From positions 5,376-69,375 of the forward strand of contig CAMAWR010000004.1 in assembly GCA_945862045.1 (NCBI GenBank): 64,000 nt of DNA, read 5' to 3'. Below, piece after piece: positions 9,791-20,015 of this stretch. How positions within the stretch are numbered: position 1 is the first letter of the stretch; every line of letters begins with the position of its first letter. The position numbers were made by a program, and so were the translations under genes. Under the pieces are notes generated by a model, which had not been told where the DNA came from, did not search any database, and saw only the letters and a list, made by a program, of their open reading frames with translations. The stretch comes from Bifidobacterium breve. Lineage in GTDB: Bacteria; Actinomycetota; Acidimicrobiia; Acidimicrobiales; Ilumatobacteraceae.

Positions 9791-10911
9791 TGGGTGACGC
9801 ACTCGGCGTTATCGGCGGCGGTCAACTCGGTCGCTACTTCGTGTTGGCGGCACAAGCGATGGGGTACCGAGCGGTCGTGCTCGAGCCCGACCCACAGTCA
9901 CCCGCCGGGGCCGTGGCCGACGAACACATCGTGGCGCAATACGACGACCCTGACGCGCTGGCGCAACTGGCCGACCTTTGCCGTGCCGTGACTATTGAGT
10001 TTGAAAACCCCTCGGTGGCAGCACTCGAGTTGTTGGAACGCAAGATCGTGGTGCGGCCATCATCGACAGCCGTTGCAATTGCCCAAGATCGGCGCAGTGA
10101 AAAACGGTTCTGTATCGAAACTGGCCTGGCTGTTGCACCTTTTGCAATCGTTGAAACAATCGGCGACATCACTGCGGCCGCCGCGCAAAACCTTTTTCCT
10201 GGCATCATAAAAACTGCTGGACTTGGCTACGACGGCAAAGGTCAGCAGCGCATCGACCACGCAGCACAACTTGCCGATGCCTTCGTCGAACTTGGCAGCG
10301 TGCCATGCGTACTCGAACTATTGATGCCGCTCGATGCCGAACTGTCGGTGGTCGTCGCACGCGGGTGTGACGGTGAAATAGCAATGTTTGCGGCCACACA
10401 CAACGTGCACATCAATGGCATTCTTGACGCGAGCACTGCCCCCTACGCCGATGACCAGGTTGCCCGCGAGGCGCAGGCAACCGCTGTGCTCATCGCCGAG
10501 CGATTGAACTACGTCGGTGTGTTGGGTGTTGAGTTTTTCGTATCGAATGGCAAATTGTTGGTCAACGAACTTGCACCTCGGCCCCACAACAGCGGGCATT
10601 GGACACTCAACGCAGCGCGAACCAGCCAATTCGAGCAACAGGTTCACACCCTGGTCGGTACACCACTTGGTGATTCTGCGATGACACAACCAGCGGTGGC
10701 GATGGTCAATCTGCTGGGTGATCGCTGGCAATATGGCGAATTGCAGACCGACAGCGCACGCATGAACCCCCGCGCGCACCTTCACCTGTACGGAAAACGT
10801 GCGGCCCGACCGGGTCGCAAGATGGGTCACCTCACTGTCGTGGGCGACCGCGCCGCGGAGGTATCAGCCGCGGCTCATCAATTGCGTGACGACATCACGC
10901 CATCAGCCTGA
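9790..10911 (+). CDS. purK: N5-carboxyaminoimidazole ribonucleotide synthase
   Basis: 373 aa ATP-grasp protein with LGVIGGGQLGRY at the N-terminus and ELAPRPHNSGHWT. Its start overlaps the purE stop. Confidence 0.9.
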   Translation: MGDALGVIGGGQLGRYFVLAAQAMGYRAVVLEPDPQSPAGAVADEHIVAQYDDPDALAQLADLCRAVTIEFENPSVAALELLERKIVVRPSSTAVAIAQDRRSEKRFCIETGLAVAPFAIVETIGDITAAAAQNLFPGIIKTAGLGYDGKGQQRIDHAAQLADAFVELGSVPCVLELLMPLDAELSVVVARGCDGEIAMFAATHNVHINGILDASTAPYADDQVAREAQATAVLIAERLNYVGVLGVEFFVSNGKLLVNELAPRPHNSGHWTLNAARTSQFEQQVHTLVGTPLGDSAMTQPAVAMVNLLGDRWQYGELQTDSARMNPRAHLHLYGKRAARPGRKMGHLTVVGDRAAEVSAAAHQLRDDITPSA

Positions 10912-10927
10912 GGCTGGCTGCCACGAA

Positions 10928-12451
10928 CTAGTGCCGGAAGTGGCGCTGGCCGGTAAATATCATCACCATCCCGTGCTCATTGGCGGCGGCAATCGACTCG
11001 TCATCACGCTGGCTTCCACCTGGTTGCACGATCGCCGTAACGCCGACAGCAGCAAGCGCATCGGGGCCATCGCGAAACGGGAAGAATGCATCACTCGCCG
11101 CCACTGCCCCCTGCGCCCGCTCGCCTGCTCGTGTGCATGCAATGCGTGCGGCGTCAACCCGATTCTGTTGGCCAGCACCGATGCCAACGGCGCTACTGTC
11201 GCGCACCAACACGATGGCATTCGAATTCACCGCTGCACACGTCACCCACGCCACCGCAGCATCGCGCCACTGTGCGGGGGTCGGCTGCTTCGTGCTCACC
11301 ACCTGCCATTGTGAGGTGTGAGCCACTGGTGCGTCGTGATCTTGCAGAAGCATGGCGCCGTCAACACCACGCAACGACCAACCATCCCTGAAGGGCTGTG
11401 CTGCGCGCAAAATCCGCAGGTTCTTTTTTGTAAGTAATACCTCGAGTGCGGCCGGCTCGAATTCGGGGGCAATCACCACCTCGGTAAACACCTCCACCAA
11501 GGCCAGTGCAGTGGCTTTGGTCATCGGGCGATTCAAGCCAACGATGCCACCGAATGCACTCATCGGGTCGCACTCGTGGGCCCGCTTGTAGGCAGTTTCG
11601 ATGTCGGGCGCAACTGCCAACCCGCACGGGTTGGCGTGCTTGATCACCACGGCGGCAGGTTCGACAAACCGATGCACAAGCGACCACGCAGCGTCGGCAT
11701 CAAACACGTTGAGATACGACATCTCTTTGCCACCGAGTTGTTCGGCACTGCTCCACCAACTGCGTTCGCCCACGACGCGATAGCGCGCACCACGTTGATG
11801 TGGGTTTTCGCCGTAACGCAACGTCGCCTCGCGTTCCAACTGCAGCGTGAGCCGCTCGGGTAACGCATCGGGCTGCGCAGTGAGGGCAGAATCTTCACCA
11901 GTCGCCCGCGCAAACCATGCGGCGACTTGTGCGTCATATGCCGCAGTTACCGCAAATGCACGCGCGGCAAGTTGCTGGCGGGTGCCCGCACTCAGTGCGC
12001 CGGACGTGCGCAACTCGTCGAGCACGTCACCATATTGTGAGCGATTGGTTACCACTGCAACACGTGCATGGTTCTTGGCTGCCCCACGCACCAGCGATGG
12101 GCCACCGATATCGATCAGTTCGATGCTTGGCTTTGAATCGAACGGGTACAGGCTCACCACCACCAAATCAATCGGCGCAATGTTGTGTCGCTCCAAATCT
12201 GCCCGATGTGATGCATCCGTTGTGTCGGCGAGAATGCCACCGTGCACCGACGGGTGCAGTGTCACCACGCGATGCCCGAGGATCGCGGGGTACCCCGTTA
12301 CTTCTGCAATGTCGACGACAGGTATTGAAGCATCTCGCAACACTTGCGCCGTGCCGCCACTGGCGAGCAAGTCCCACCCAAGTTCGCGCAGCGAACGTGC
12401 AAAGCCGACCACGCCGGTCTTGTCATAAACACTGAGCAACGCTCTCGGCAC
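10928..12451 (-). CDS. purH: bifunctional AICAR transformylase / IMP cyclohydrolase
   Basis: 507 aa with ALLSVYDKTG, LASGGTA and a C-terminal HGMVMIFTGQRHFRH. GTG start. Convergent with purK. Confidence 0.95.
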   Translation of the reverse strand: MPRALLSVYDKTGVVGFARSLRELGWDLLASGGTAQVLRDASIPVVDIAEVTGYPAILGHRVVTLHPSVHGGILADTTDASHRADLERHNIAPIDLVVVSLYPFDSKPSIELIDIGGPSLVRGAAKNHARVAVVTNRSQYGDVLDELRTSGALSAGTRQQLAARAFAVTAAYDAQVAAWFARATGEDSALTAQPDALPERLTLQLEREATLRYGENPHQRGARYRVVGERSWWSSAEQLGGKEMSYLNVFDADAAWSLVHRFVEPAAVVIKHANPCGLAVAPDIETAYKRAHECDPMSAFGGIVGLNRPMTKATALALVEVFTEVVIAPEFEPAALEVLLTKKNLRILRAAQPFRDGWSLRGVDGAMLLQDHDAPVAHTSQWQVVSTKQPTPAQWRDAAVAWVTCAAVNSNAIVLVRDSSAVGIGAGQQNRVDAARIACTRAGERAQGAVAASDAFFPFRDGPDALAAVGVTAIVQPGGSQRDDESIAAANEHGMVMIFTGQRHFRH

Positions 12452-12473
12452 GCGCCCAGACTAGGTTCAGGGC

Positions 12474-13226
12474 ATGAAAATTGGTGTACAGATCTGGCCG
12501 CAGGCCACCACGGTCAAAGCAATGCGCAACGTCTGGCGGGCAGCCGATGATCTCGGCGTCGACAGTTTGTGGACATGGGACCACTTTTATCCGCTCTCTG
12601 GCGATAGAGATGCTGAACACTTCGAGTGCTACACACTGCTCGCCGCCATGGCGGCTGACACCAAACACGCCACCATCGGTGCCCTCGTCACGTGCTACAG
12701 CTACCGCAATGCGCAACTGCTCGCCGACATGGCCCGCACCATCGACCACATCAGCGATGGCCGCTTCGTCTTGGGCATCGGCTCGGGTTGGTTTGAGCGC
12801 GACTATCAGGAATACGGCTATGAGTTCGGCACGGGCCCTGGGCGACTCAAACTGCTCGAGGCGGGCCTTCCCATCATCAAAGAACGGATGAGCAAACTCA
12901 ACCCTGGCCCGGTCAACGGCAAGATTCCGTTGATGATTGGTGGCAGCGGCGAGAAAGTCACATTGCGGCTCGTCGCACAGTATGCCGATCAACTCAACAC
13001 GTTCGGCCCACCCGATAATTTCAAGCGTAAAAATGACATTCTCAACGAGTGGTGCGCCAAAGTTGGCCGTAATCCAAAAGACATCGAGCGCACAGTCGCC
13101 GTCAAGCCAGAAGAACTTGAAAAAGTTGACGAGTATGCAGCCGCCGGTGCCGACCACATGATCGTGATGTTGAGCCAGCCATTTGATCTTTCGGCAGTGG
13201 AGAAGTACCTAGCCTCAACACGGTGA
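12474..13226 (+). CDS. LLM-class (luciferase-like) F420-dependent oxidoreductase
   Basis: 250 aa with MKIGVQIWPQ..., DSLWTWDHF, GRFVLGIGSGWFERDY and IPLMIGGSGEK. This is the typical short LLM/F420 family signature. Confidence 0.8.
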   Translation: MKIGVQIWPQATTVKAMRNVWRAADDLGVDSLWTWDHFYPLSGDRDAEHFECYTLLAAMAADTKHATIGALVTCYSYRNAQLLADMARTIDHISDGRFVLGIGSGWFERDYQEYGYEFGTGPGRLKLLEAGLPIIKERMSKLNPGPVNGKIPLMIGGSGEKVTLRLVAQYADQLNTFGPPDNFKRKNDILNEWCAKVGRNPKDIERTVAVKPEELEKVDEYAAAGADHMIVMLSQPFDLSAVEKYLASTR

Positions 13227-14425
13227 GCCAAGTACTACAACGGTCGGCGTTCGTCCGACTGCAGGTTGCCAACCTCTCGTCGGGTGTGGCCAACGGCGTA
13301 GTGATGATTACCGTGCCGTGGCTCGTGCTCGAGCGCACCGGTTCGCCCGCCCAAGCCGGACTACTCGCTGCCTTGGTGAGCCTCCCGGGCATTTTTGTCT
13401 CACCAATAATCGGTGGCCTGATTGATCGCGTCGGTCGTCGTGCCGTCTCGGCGTTGTCCGACGTTTTTTCGTGCGTATCGGCACTGCTCTTTGTCGTTGG
13501 CGAACTCACCACCGAATTGAGCTACGTCTTTATCGCCAGTTTTGCGGTGCTGGGTGCAGTTTTTGACCCCGCTGGTTACACCGCACGCAAAGCACTCATC
13601 CCGAACGCTGCCGAGTCAGCTGGCATGGCAGTGGACAAAGCCAACGGTCGGCACGAAGGCTTCTTTGCCATCGGCTGGATGCTTGGCCCCGCACTCGGTG
13701 CATGGTGCATCAGCGTTGGCGGGCCAACACTGGCTTTCGCTGGCACCAGTGCACTGTTTCTTGTGGCGGCATTTGCGGTGCGGTCGATGCGCATCCGCGA
13801 ACATCACGGACCGCGTTCCGAATCGCGCGAGGGCTTCACCCAGTCGCTGCGCGGCGGGTGGACACTGCTGCGATCAGATCGCGCTCTACTCACTTTCACC
13901 CTTGGTCTCACCGTCATGGGCGGGCTGTACATGCCGATTGACACCGTGATCTGGCCAACACACTTTCAATCACTCGACAATGCCGTCGGTCTGGGCATCG
14001 TGATGTCGTCGGTTGCACTCGGCGTCGTTATCGGCGCATTCGGTTATGGCAAGCTCGCAGAGCGCATAAGAACTACCAAGTTGCTGCGCATGATCATCCT
14101 GATTTCTACTGCGGCGCTATTGCCGATGGGTTTCCTGCCCAGCACTGCGGTATTTGCCTTGTTGGCATTCGTCACCGGTTTGGGATGGGGCCCGTTCAAT
14201 CCACTCTGGAACACGGTGGTGCAACGCCGAGTCGACCCAGCATCCCAGGGGAGAATTTATGGTCTGCAGATGTCACTGGTGTACGCAGCACCACCACTTG
14301 GTCAATTGCTGGTTGGCTGGGGAATTGAAACACTCGGTTTGCGCGCCACTTTCAGCATCGTGCTGGCACTGTTTGTGCTCACGTCATCGACCATCGCGTC
14401 ACTGCGCTCGCTCAATGATCTTTAA
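13223..14425 (+). CDS. MFS transporter
   Basis: 400 aa with about 12 predicted hydrophobic segments and a GGLIDRVGRR loop motif. GTGA overlap with the LLM gene. Its 3' half is duplicated as a pseudogene at 17990-18577. Confidence 0.8.
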   Translation: MSQVLQRSAFVRLQVANLSSGVANGVVMITVPWLVLERTGSPAQAGLLAALVSLPGIFVSPIIGGLIDRVGRRAVSALSDVFSCVSALLFVVGELTTELSYVFIASFAVLGAVFDPAGYTARKALIPNAAESAGMAVDKANGRHEGFFAIGWMLGPALGAWCISVGGPTLAFAGTSALFLVAAFAVRSMRIREHHGPRSESREGFTQSLRGGWTLLRSDRALLTFTLGLTVMGGLYMPIDTVIWPTHFQSLDNAVGLGIVMSSVALGVVIGAFGYGKLAERIRTTKLLRMIILISTAALLPMGFLPSTAVFALLAFVTGLGWGPFNPLWNTVVQRRVDPASQGRIYGLQMSLVYAAPPLGQLLVGWGIETLGLRATFSIVLALFVLTSSTIASLRSLNDL

Positions 14426-14493
14426 GCAGTCACTGGATATGCACCATCTGGCTGGGTGTCAAAAACGATCCGACTTCATAGTAGTTTTCTGCT

Positions 14494-15660
14494 GTGAAAT
14501 TCTTACCAAGAACCATCTACGACATTGAGCACGAAGAGTTCCGCCGAAGTTTCAGGCATTGGCTCGACACTTCAATCGCACCACATCACGAAGACTGGGA
14601 GCGTCTCGGCATTGGTCCCCGCTCAATCTGGCTCGAGGCTGGACAACGTGGCTTCCTTGGCCTGACGGTTCCGGAAGAATTCGGTGGCGGTGGGACGGAT
14701 GACTACCGCTTTGCTGCTGTTATGTCCGAAGAAATAGGTGCGACTGGGTTGATTGGTGTGCCACATGGATTCACACTTCACAATGACATCGTGCTTCCAT
14801 ATTTTCTCGAGTTATGTAATGACGAACAAAAAGCCCGATGGCTTCCGAAAATGGTGACCGGAGAGATCATCACGGCACTCGCAATCACCGAGCCGAACAC
14901 AGGAAGCGACGTGGCTGGAATAAAGTCAACCGCCATCAGGAATGGTGAGTCATATGTTTTGAATGGCTCAAAGACCTTCATATCAAATGGAATAAATAGT
15001 GATGCAATCGTCACAGCAGTGCGTACGGACCCCTCCGCTGGTCGGAGAGGAATTTCACTCATGGTGGTCGAAAGAGGGATGCCTGGTTTCGATCGGGGCA
15101 GGAACCTCGAAAAAATCGGTCAGCACTCGCAAGACACTGCGGAGCTTTTTTTCAACAATGTCGAAGTGCCTGACCATAACCTGCTCGGCAAAGAAGGTGA
15201 GGGAATGAAATACCTCATGCACAACCTTGCCCAAGAGCGTCTTGGAATTGCCATTGAGGCGGTTGCAGTCGCAAAAGCTGCCCTGTACTGGACTCTCGAT
15301 TATGTGCAGAACAGGAATGCGTTCGGTCAATCAATCGCGAGTTTCCAAAATACTCGATTTTTGCTCGCCGAACTCTTCACTGAGGTTCAAATTGGTCAGA
15401 CCTACATTGACCAGTCCATCCAACTTCACTGTGCTCAGCAACTCGATACGACACAGGCTGCAGTTGGAAAATACTGGTGCACCGAAATGCAGAATCGTGT
15501 TGTCGATAAATGTCTACAGCTCCATGGGGGGTATGGGTACATGCGGGAGTATCCGATTGCGCGCGCATGGGTAGATAGTCGAATTCAGTCAATCTACGGA
15601 GGAACATCCGAGATCATGAAAGAAATCATCAGCCGAAGCTTCGCTGCTAAGGATTCATAG
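14494..15660 (+). CDS. acyl-CoA dehydrogenase
   Basis: 388 aa with ALAITEPNTGSDVAG, FISNG, and C-terminal YGGTSEIMKEII. Lies in the lower-GC block. Confidence 0.9.
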   Translation: MKFLPRTIYDIEHEEFRRSFRHWLDTSIAPHHEDWERLGIGPRSIWLEAGQRGFLGLTVPEEFGGGGTDDYRFAAVMSEEIGATGLIGVPHGFTLHNDIVLPYFLELCNDEQKARWLPKMVTGEIITALAITEPNTGSDVAGIKSTAIRNGESYVLNGSKTFISNGINSDAIVTAVRTDPSAGRRGISLMVVERGMPGFDRGRNLEKIGQHSQDTAELFFNNVEVPDHNLLGKEGEGMKYLMHNLAQERLGIAIEAVAVAKAALYWTLDYVQNRNAFGQSIASFQNTRFLLAELFTEVQIGQTYIDQSIQLHCAQQLDTTQAAVGKYWCTEMQNRVVDKCLQLHGGYGYMREYPIARAWVDSRIQSIYGGTSEIMKEIISRSFAAKDS

Positions 15661-15722
15661 CGCAATACGACATTCGAGAACTCGGGTCAAAAGTCGAATG
15701 TTGCAATAAGCACTAACGTTGT

Positions 15723-16871
15723 CTAAGCAAATAAATTTTTAGATATCACCATTCTCTGAATTTGGTTTGTACCTTCGTAAATCTGAGTGATTTTGGCATC
15801 ACGCATCATTCGCTCGACTGGAAAATCTCTTGTATAGCCATATCCACCGTGCAACTGAACACAATCCGTGGTCACCGCCATTGCGACATCAGAGGCAAAA
15901 GCTTTTGCCATTGCACCCAATCGGGAAAGATCTTTATTGGGGTCTCCAGCATCAACCGTTGCGCACGCCCGATACACCAGCGTGCGTGCTGCTTCAACCT
16001 TTGTTGCCGCATCGGCCATCATCCACTGCAGACCTTGCCGCTCGGCTATCGGCTTGCCGAATGTGTGACGCTGTTTCATGTACTCAAGGGTGACGTCAAT
16101 TGCACCCTGGGCGATTCCGACTGCCTGCGCACCAATCGTTGGGCGACTCCGATCAAGCGTATGCATCGCAATATGGAAACCTTCACCAACTGCACCAATA
16201 CGATTCGCATCAGGAACCTTCACGCCATCCATCCGAATCACTCCAGTGGGAGAACCCTTAAGACCAAGCTTTTTTTCGAGCTTGTCAATCTGTACTCCCC
16301 ACTTTCCTTCAACAAGGAAAGCTGTGATGCCATGGTGACGGTCGCCAGAAGTCCGCGCGAAGACAGTGTACAAATCACTCGTACCTGCGTTAGTGATCCA
16401 GCTTTTGGAGCCAGAAATGATCCAGTCATCTCCGTCCCGTATTGCGCGGGTCGTGATCGATGCCACATCGCTGCCAGCATCAGCCTCTGAAAGAGCATAA
16501 CTTGCCTGAGATTCTCCGGCAGTCACTTTTGGAAGATACCTTCTCTTCAAGTCATCTGAGCCAAAGTTGATAACAGGCAACATGCCAAGTTTTGAAATTA
16601 AAAACATCAAACTTGTGCTTGCACACACTCGTGCAAGTTCCTCGGCGACCATCGCCTGTGTTACCAACGAAGCATCAGAGCCACCGTAAGCACTCGGAAA
16701 ACTTAAAGAGGTGAGATCCATGGCCTTCAAAAGTTCGAAGGTTTCCCAGCTGAATACCTCACCCTCATCAGTACTTTTGGCCAACGGCGCAATCTTTTCT
16801 TCACAAAATCTGCGAAGAACCCCCTGAAACTCACGTTGATCATCGTCAAGCGAAAATTCTCTTTTGGTCAC
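15723..16871 (-). CDS. acyl-CoA dehydrogenase (short/butyryl-CoA type)
   Basis: 382 aa with YALSEADAGSDV, WITNAG, QLHGGYGY and IYEGTNQIQRMVI. Confidence 0.9.
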   Translation of the reverse strand: MTKREFSLDDDQREFQGVLRRFCEEKIAPLAKSTDEGEVFSWETFELLKAMDLTSLSFPSAYGGSDASLVTQAMVAEELARVCASTSLMFLISKLGMLPVINFGSDDLKRRYLPKVTAGESQASYALSEADAGSDVASITTRAIRDGDDWIISGSKSWITNAGTSDLYTVFARTSGDRHHGITAFLVEGKWGVQIDKLEKKLGLKGSPTGVIRMDGVKVPDANRIGAVGEGFHIAMHTLDRSRPTIGAQAVGIAQGAIDVTLEYMKQRHTFGKPIAERQGLQWMMADAATKVEAARTLVYRACATVDAGDPNKDLSRLGAMAKAFASDVAMAVTTDCVQLHGGYGYTRDFPVERMMRDAKITQIYEGTNQIQRMVISKNLFA

Positions 16872-16901
16872 TGACTTTGCTCCTTCTGAGTAATTAAGAA
16901 C

Positions 16902-17777
16902 TTATTTTTGTTGATAACTGTAGAAACCACGACCAGCCTTGCGCCCCAGTAAACCAGCGTCCACCATCCTTGCAAGAAGTGGCGGTGGTGCGTAAAGAGG
17001 TTCTTTGAATTCTGCGTAAAGACTCTCGGCAACCGCCATTGCAGTATCCAGACCTATCAGATCTGCAAGGCGAAGTGGGCCCATCGGATGTGCACAACCC
17101 TCCATCATCCCAGTATCGATATCTTCGGCCGATGCGTAGCCAGACTCCAGCATGCGGATCGCCGAAAGGATGTAAGGCACCAAAAGCGAATTCACGATGA
17201 ATCCGGCGCGATCTTTGGCAAGAACAACATGTTTGTTGAGGTTCCCTTCTGCAAAAAGCCGAGCGCGTTGAACCGTGTCCTCAGATGTCAGAAGCGAGGG
17301 AATAATCTCAGCCAACCTGAGTACCGGAACAGGATTAAAAAAGTGAATGCCCAAAACATGTGATGGTCGAGATGTGACCATGCCGAGTTTCATCACTGGA
17401 ATTGATGAGGTGTTCGTTGCAAAAATTGTGTCCGGCCAACGAACTATTTCGTCTAACTTTTTGAAAACTTTTACTTTGGCTGCCTCATCTTCTATCACGG
17501 CCTCAATGATGAGATCGCACTCACGTAGATCATCAATCGTGTTGGTGAATTCTAAATTCTTATTGATTGTGTCATACTCAATTTGACTGATTTTATTCCC
17601 TGTCAGCGCACGCGTAACTGACTTTTGAATTCGCTGGTGCCCGAGTTCCACAGCAGCAGCGTCCGCCTCGCAGACAATCGTTGGAAGACCAGACTTTGCG
17701 ACGATTTCTGCAATCCCCGACCCCATGAGACCACAGCCAACCACACCAACTCTGGTAATTCCATGCTCGATGGTCAC
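16902..17777 (-). CDS. hbd: 3-hydroxybutyryl-CoA / 3-hydroxyacyl-CoA dehydrogenase
   Basis: 291 aa with the Rossmann motif VGVVGCGLMGSGIA, plus HFFNPVPV, GFIVNSLLVPY and PMGPLRLADLIGLD. Confidence 0.9.
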   Translation of the reverse strand: MTIEHGITRVGVVGCGLMGSGIAEIVAKSGLPTIVCEADAAAVELGHQRIQKSVTRALTGNKISQIEYDTINKNLEFTNTIDDLRECDLIIEAVIEDEAAKVKVFKKLDEIVRWPDTIFATNTSSIPVMKLGMVTSRPSHVLGIHFFNPVPVLRLAEIIPSLLTSEDTVQRARLFAEGNLNKHVVLAKDRAGFIVNSLLVPYILSAIRMLESGYASAEDIDTGMMEGCAHPMGPLRLADLIGLDTAMAVAESLYAEFKEPLYAPPPLLARMVDAGLLGRKAGRGFYSYQQK

Positions 17778-17924
17778 GTTGCTTTTCCTTTCGCCTGAAC
17801 GAGACGCTATCTGAACTTGCTTTGCGACTTGACGTTTGAATCAGTCAATATTCCAGCCTTAGCCAGAACTATGTTGTTGACGCAACTCGAGAATGGTAAA
17901 AACCAAAAAGGCAATTATGCTGGC

Positions 17925-17996
17925 GCGAGCACCAACCACTGCAGTACGGTGACGTAGGGCTCTACTTTTTCCCACTGGTTGCCGAGCACGGCACCA
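17925..17996 (-). pseudogene. 72-nt fragment copied from the 3' part of the dedA gene
   Basis: Direct comparison shows 17927-17996 aligns without gaps to 20820-20889 (constant offset of 2893 nt) with 4 mismatches in 70 nt. It has the same orientation as the intact dedA gene. It ends in GGCACCA, which is also the first 7 nt of the adjoining MFS fragment. Confidence 0.7.
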
Positions 17997-18577
17997 ATGC
18001 GCTGTTTCTTGTTGCTGCGTTCGCCGTGCGGTCAATGCGCATCCGCGAACTTCACCACGAACGATCTAATCCACACGAAAGTTTCGCTCAATCGCTACGC
18101 GGCGGGTGGACACTGCTGCGCTCAGACCGCACACTGCTGATTTTCACCATGGTGTGGCCAACACATTTTGAATCACTGAATGATCCCGTAGGCCTCGGAC
18201 TGGTGATATCGGCAATTGCACCGGGTATGGTCTTGGGTGCCTTTGGCTACGAAAAATTGGTTGGTCGAATGTCCACCATCAAGTTGTTGCGGGTAAGCAT
18301 CCTGGTATCAACAGCTGCCTTCTACCGATGGGTTTTTTACCTGGCAGGGTGGTCTTTACCGTGCTGGCGTTCATCACCGGCTTGGCGTGGGGGCCCTTCA
18401 CCCCATTGTGGAACACGACGGTGCAACGCCGAGTCGACCCGGCACCACAGGGGCGAATTTACGGCTTGCAGATGTCACTGGTGTGCGCAGCACCACCACT
18501 TGGTCAATTGCTGGTTGGCTGGTGAATTGAGAACTTTGGCTTGCGCGTCAGTGCGCTCGCTCAACGACTTGTAGCCG
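17990..18577 (+). pseudogene. degraded copy of the 3' half of the MFS transporter gene
   Basis: Aligns to 13742-14428. The peptide traces are MRSMRIRE...SLRGGWTLLRSDR...WPTHF...GAFGY...KLLR, then in another frame MGFLP...WGPF.PLWNT.VQRRVDPA.QGRIYGLQMSLV.AAPPLGQLLVGW. It has two internal deletions, about 45 nt near 18150 and about 50 nt near 18548. It also has a frame change and an in-frame TGA at 18523-18525. No 5' half is present. Confidence 0.75.
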
Positions 18578-20015
18578 CCCAGCACGCATGCGTGCCGCTG
18601 GAAATTCGCTCGGGTAACCGCACTCGCGCCACTGGCCCCTCACTCATCGCCACTGCGTCAAAGATGACACAATGCGACTCGTCGCGGTCAACATCTGAGG
18701 TAAACGTGATGAGCCATGCATCATCTTCGTCAACCGCACCAGATTTGGGGGCCACAACGGTTTCACTGCCGATTACCCCATCACCAAAAAGCACTACTTC
18801 TTCATGGCCTGTCTGCACATCGTGTTTAATCAACCCATCAAAGGTGAACATGCCCTTGGTGGGCACCACCGAATACACGTACCGATACGCGAGGCCGGCA
18901 AATGCCTGGTTGATCATTCCGAATTCGGTAATGGTGTCGCTCAGATAGCCCTCGCGTACCGCGCCAGTGCGCATGTTGAAGCGCCAGCGATACGGTCGCG
19001 ACTTCATCGAATGCAAGTCCAAGAAGCGGAACATGCGTGCTTCGATCGTGGAATCAGTTGCAACACGCGGTGACGGATCATCTTCAAAGTAGCCATCCAC
19101 CACGACTTCGTCACCCTCTTCCCAGGCATTTATCCAGTGCAAGACGAATGTTGGACGGCACTCGAACCAACGAATCTCTGCCGATTGCCCGTAACGCGGA
19201 ATGATGCCGATGCGCATCGGCATGTCACCGTGATATCGAGTTGCGTAAATACCACGGGTCATTAGTTCTGCATCCCAAAACAACGGGCAATCGTTGAGAA
19301 TCGAATAGTTCGGTGTAAACGCCATGTCGTGTGGCAGTCGTGCACCTGGCAGCTCAATCGGCACGTAGTGCACCAGTTCGCGCTGTGGCGACACCACGCC
19401 GTAGTGCATGAACGGTGCGGTGGTCTGATAGTTGAAGAACAACAACTCGCCTGTGCGCTCATCCACTTTGGTGTGTGCCGACACACCAGCCGACGGAAAA
19501 GCGCCACCCCAGGATTCTTTGCCGAGGTCATCAAGTGTGTGCGGGTCGAGCCGGTACAAATCGCCGCACTGATAAAAGCTTGATATGGCGACCCCGGCAT
19601 GCACGACGACGTCGGTGCTCGATGCATCCTTCATTTGGGTGCGTGCACATTTGCCGTCTCGCAACGAGCGACTCGGTGGTTCGGCCAGCCCGGCCCACAA
19701 TGCCTGTTTGGCGTCGATCTCTGCGCGGAGCCCATCGGTCTGCACGAATCGGTTGCGGTATTCCACTTCACCGTCGCAAAACGACATCATGTGGATCATC
19801 CCATCGCCATCAAACGGGTGATACCGACCAATTGATTCGAACAGCGGGTTCTCCGTGTTGCGCAGGTACACCCCATTAAGGTCGCGCGGTATCACGCCAT
19901 CAACGTGCAGATCGCGCGACGTGTGTTCGACGGTTTGTGGCTGCCACGCCCCACTGCGATACGGGTGTGCGTCACCAACCGGCAAATTCGAGGCGTACGT
20001 GAGGTGCGTTGTCAC
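18561..20015 (-). CDS. carotenoid cleavage oxygenase family (RPE65/lignostilbene dioxygenase-like)
   Basis: 484 aa with GVIPRDLNGVYLRNTENP, RYHPFDGDGMIH and later conserved His contexts (HDMAF, VLHWINAWE). Confidence 0.85.
   Translation of the reverse strand: MTTHLTYASNLPVGDAHPYRSGAWQPQTVEHTSRDLHVDGVIPRDLNGVYLRNTENPLFESIGRYHPFDGDGMIHMMSFCDGEVEYRNRFVQTDGLRAEIDAKQALWAGLAEPPSRSLRDGKCARTQMKDASSTDVVVHAGVAISSFYQCGDLYRLDPHTLDDLGKESWGGAFPSAGVSAHTKVDERTGELLFFNYQTTAPFMHYGVVSPQRELVHYVPIELPGARLPHDMAFTPNYSILNDCPLFWDAELMTRGIYATRYHGDMPMRIGIIPRYGQSAEIRWFECRPTFVLHWINAWEEGDEVVVDGYFEDDPSPRVATDSTIEARMFRFLDLHSMKSRPYRWRFNMRTGAVREGYLSDTITEFGMINQAFAGLAYRYVYSVVPTKGMFTFDGLIKHDVQTGHEEVVLFGDGVIGSETVVAPKSGAVDEDDAWLITFTSDVDRDESHCVIFDAVAMSEGPVARVRLPERISSGTHACWAATSR

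Noticed and set aside
10904-10916. Hairpin cagcc-tga-ggctg at the purK stop, considered as a bidirectional terminator
   Set aside because: It has a 5-bp stem, a 3-nt loop and no U-tract on either strand. That is too weak to call.
12423-13157. 244-aa minus-strand ORF opposite the LLM oxidoreductase
   Set aside because: It is an antisense shadow. The plus-strand product has clear family motifs and operon-like overlap with the MFS gene.
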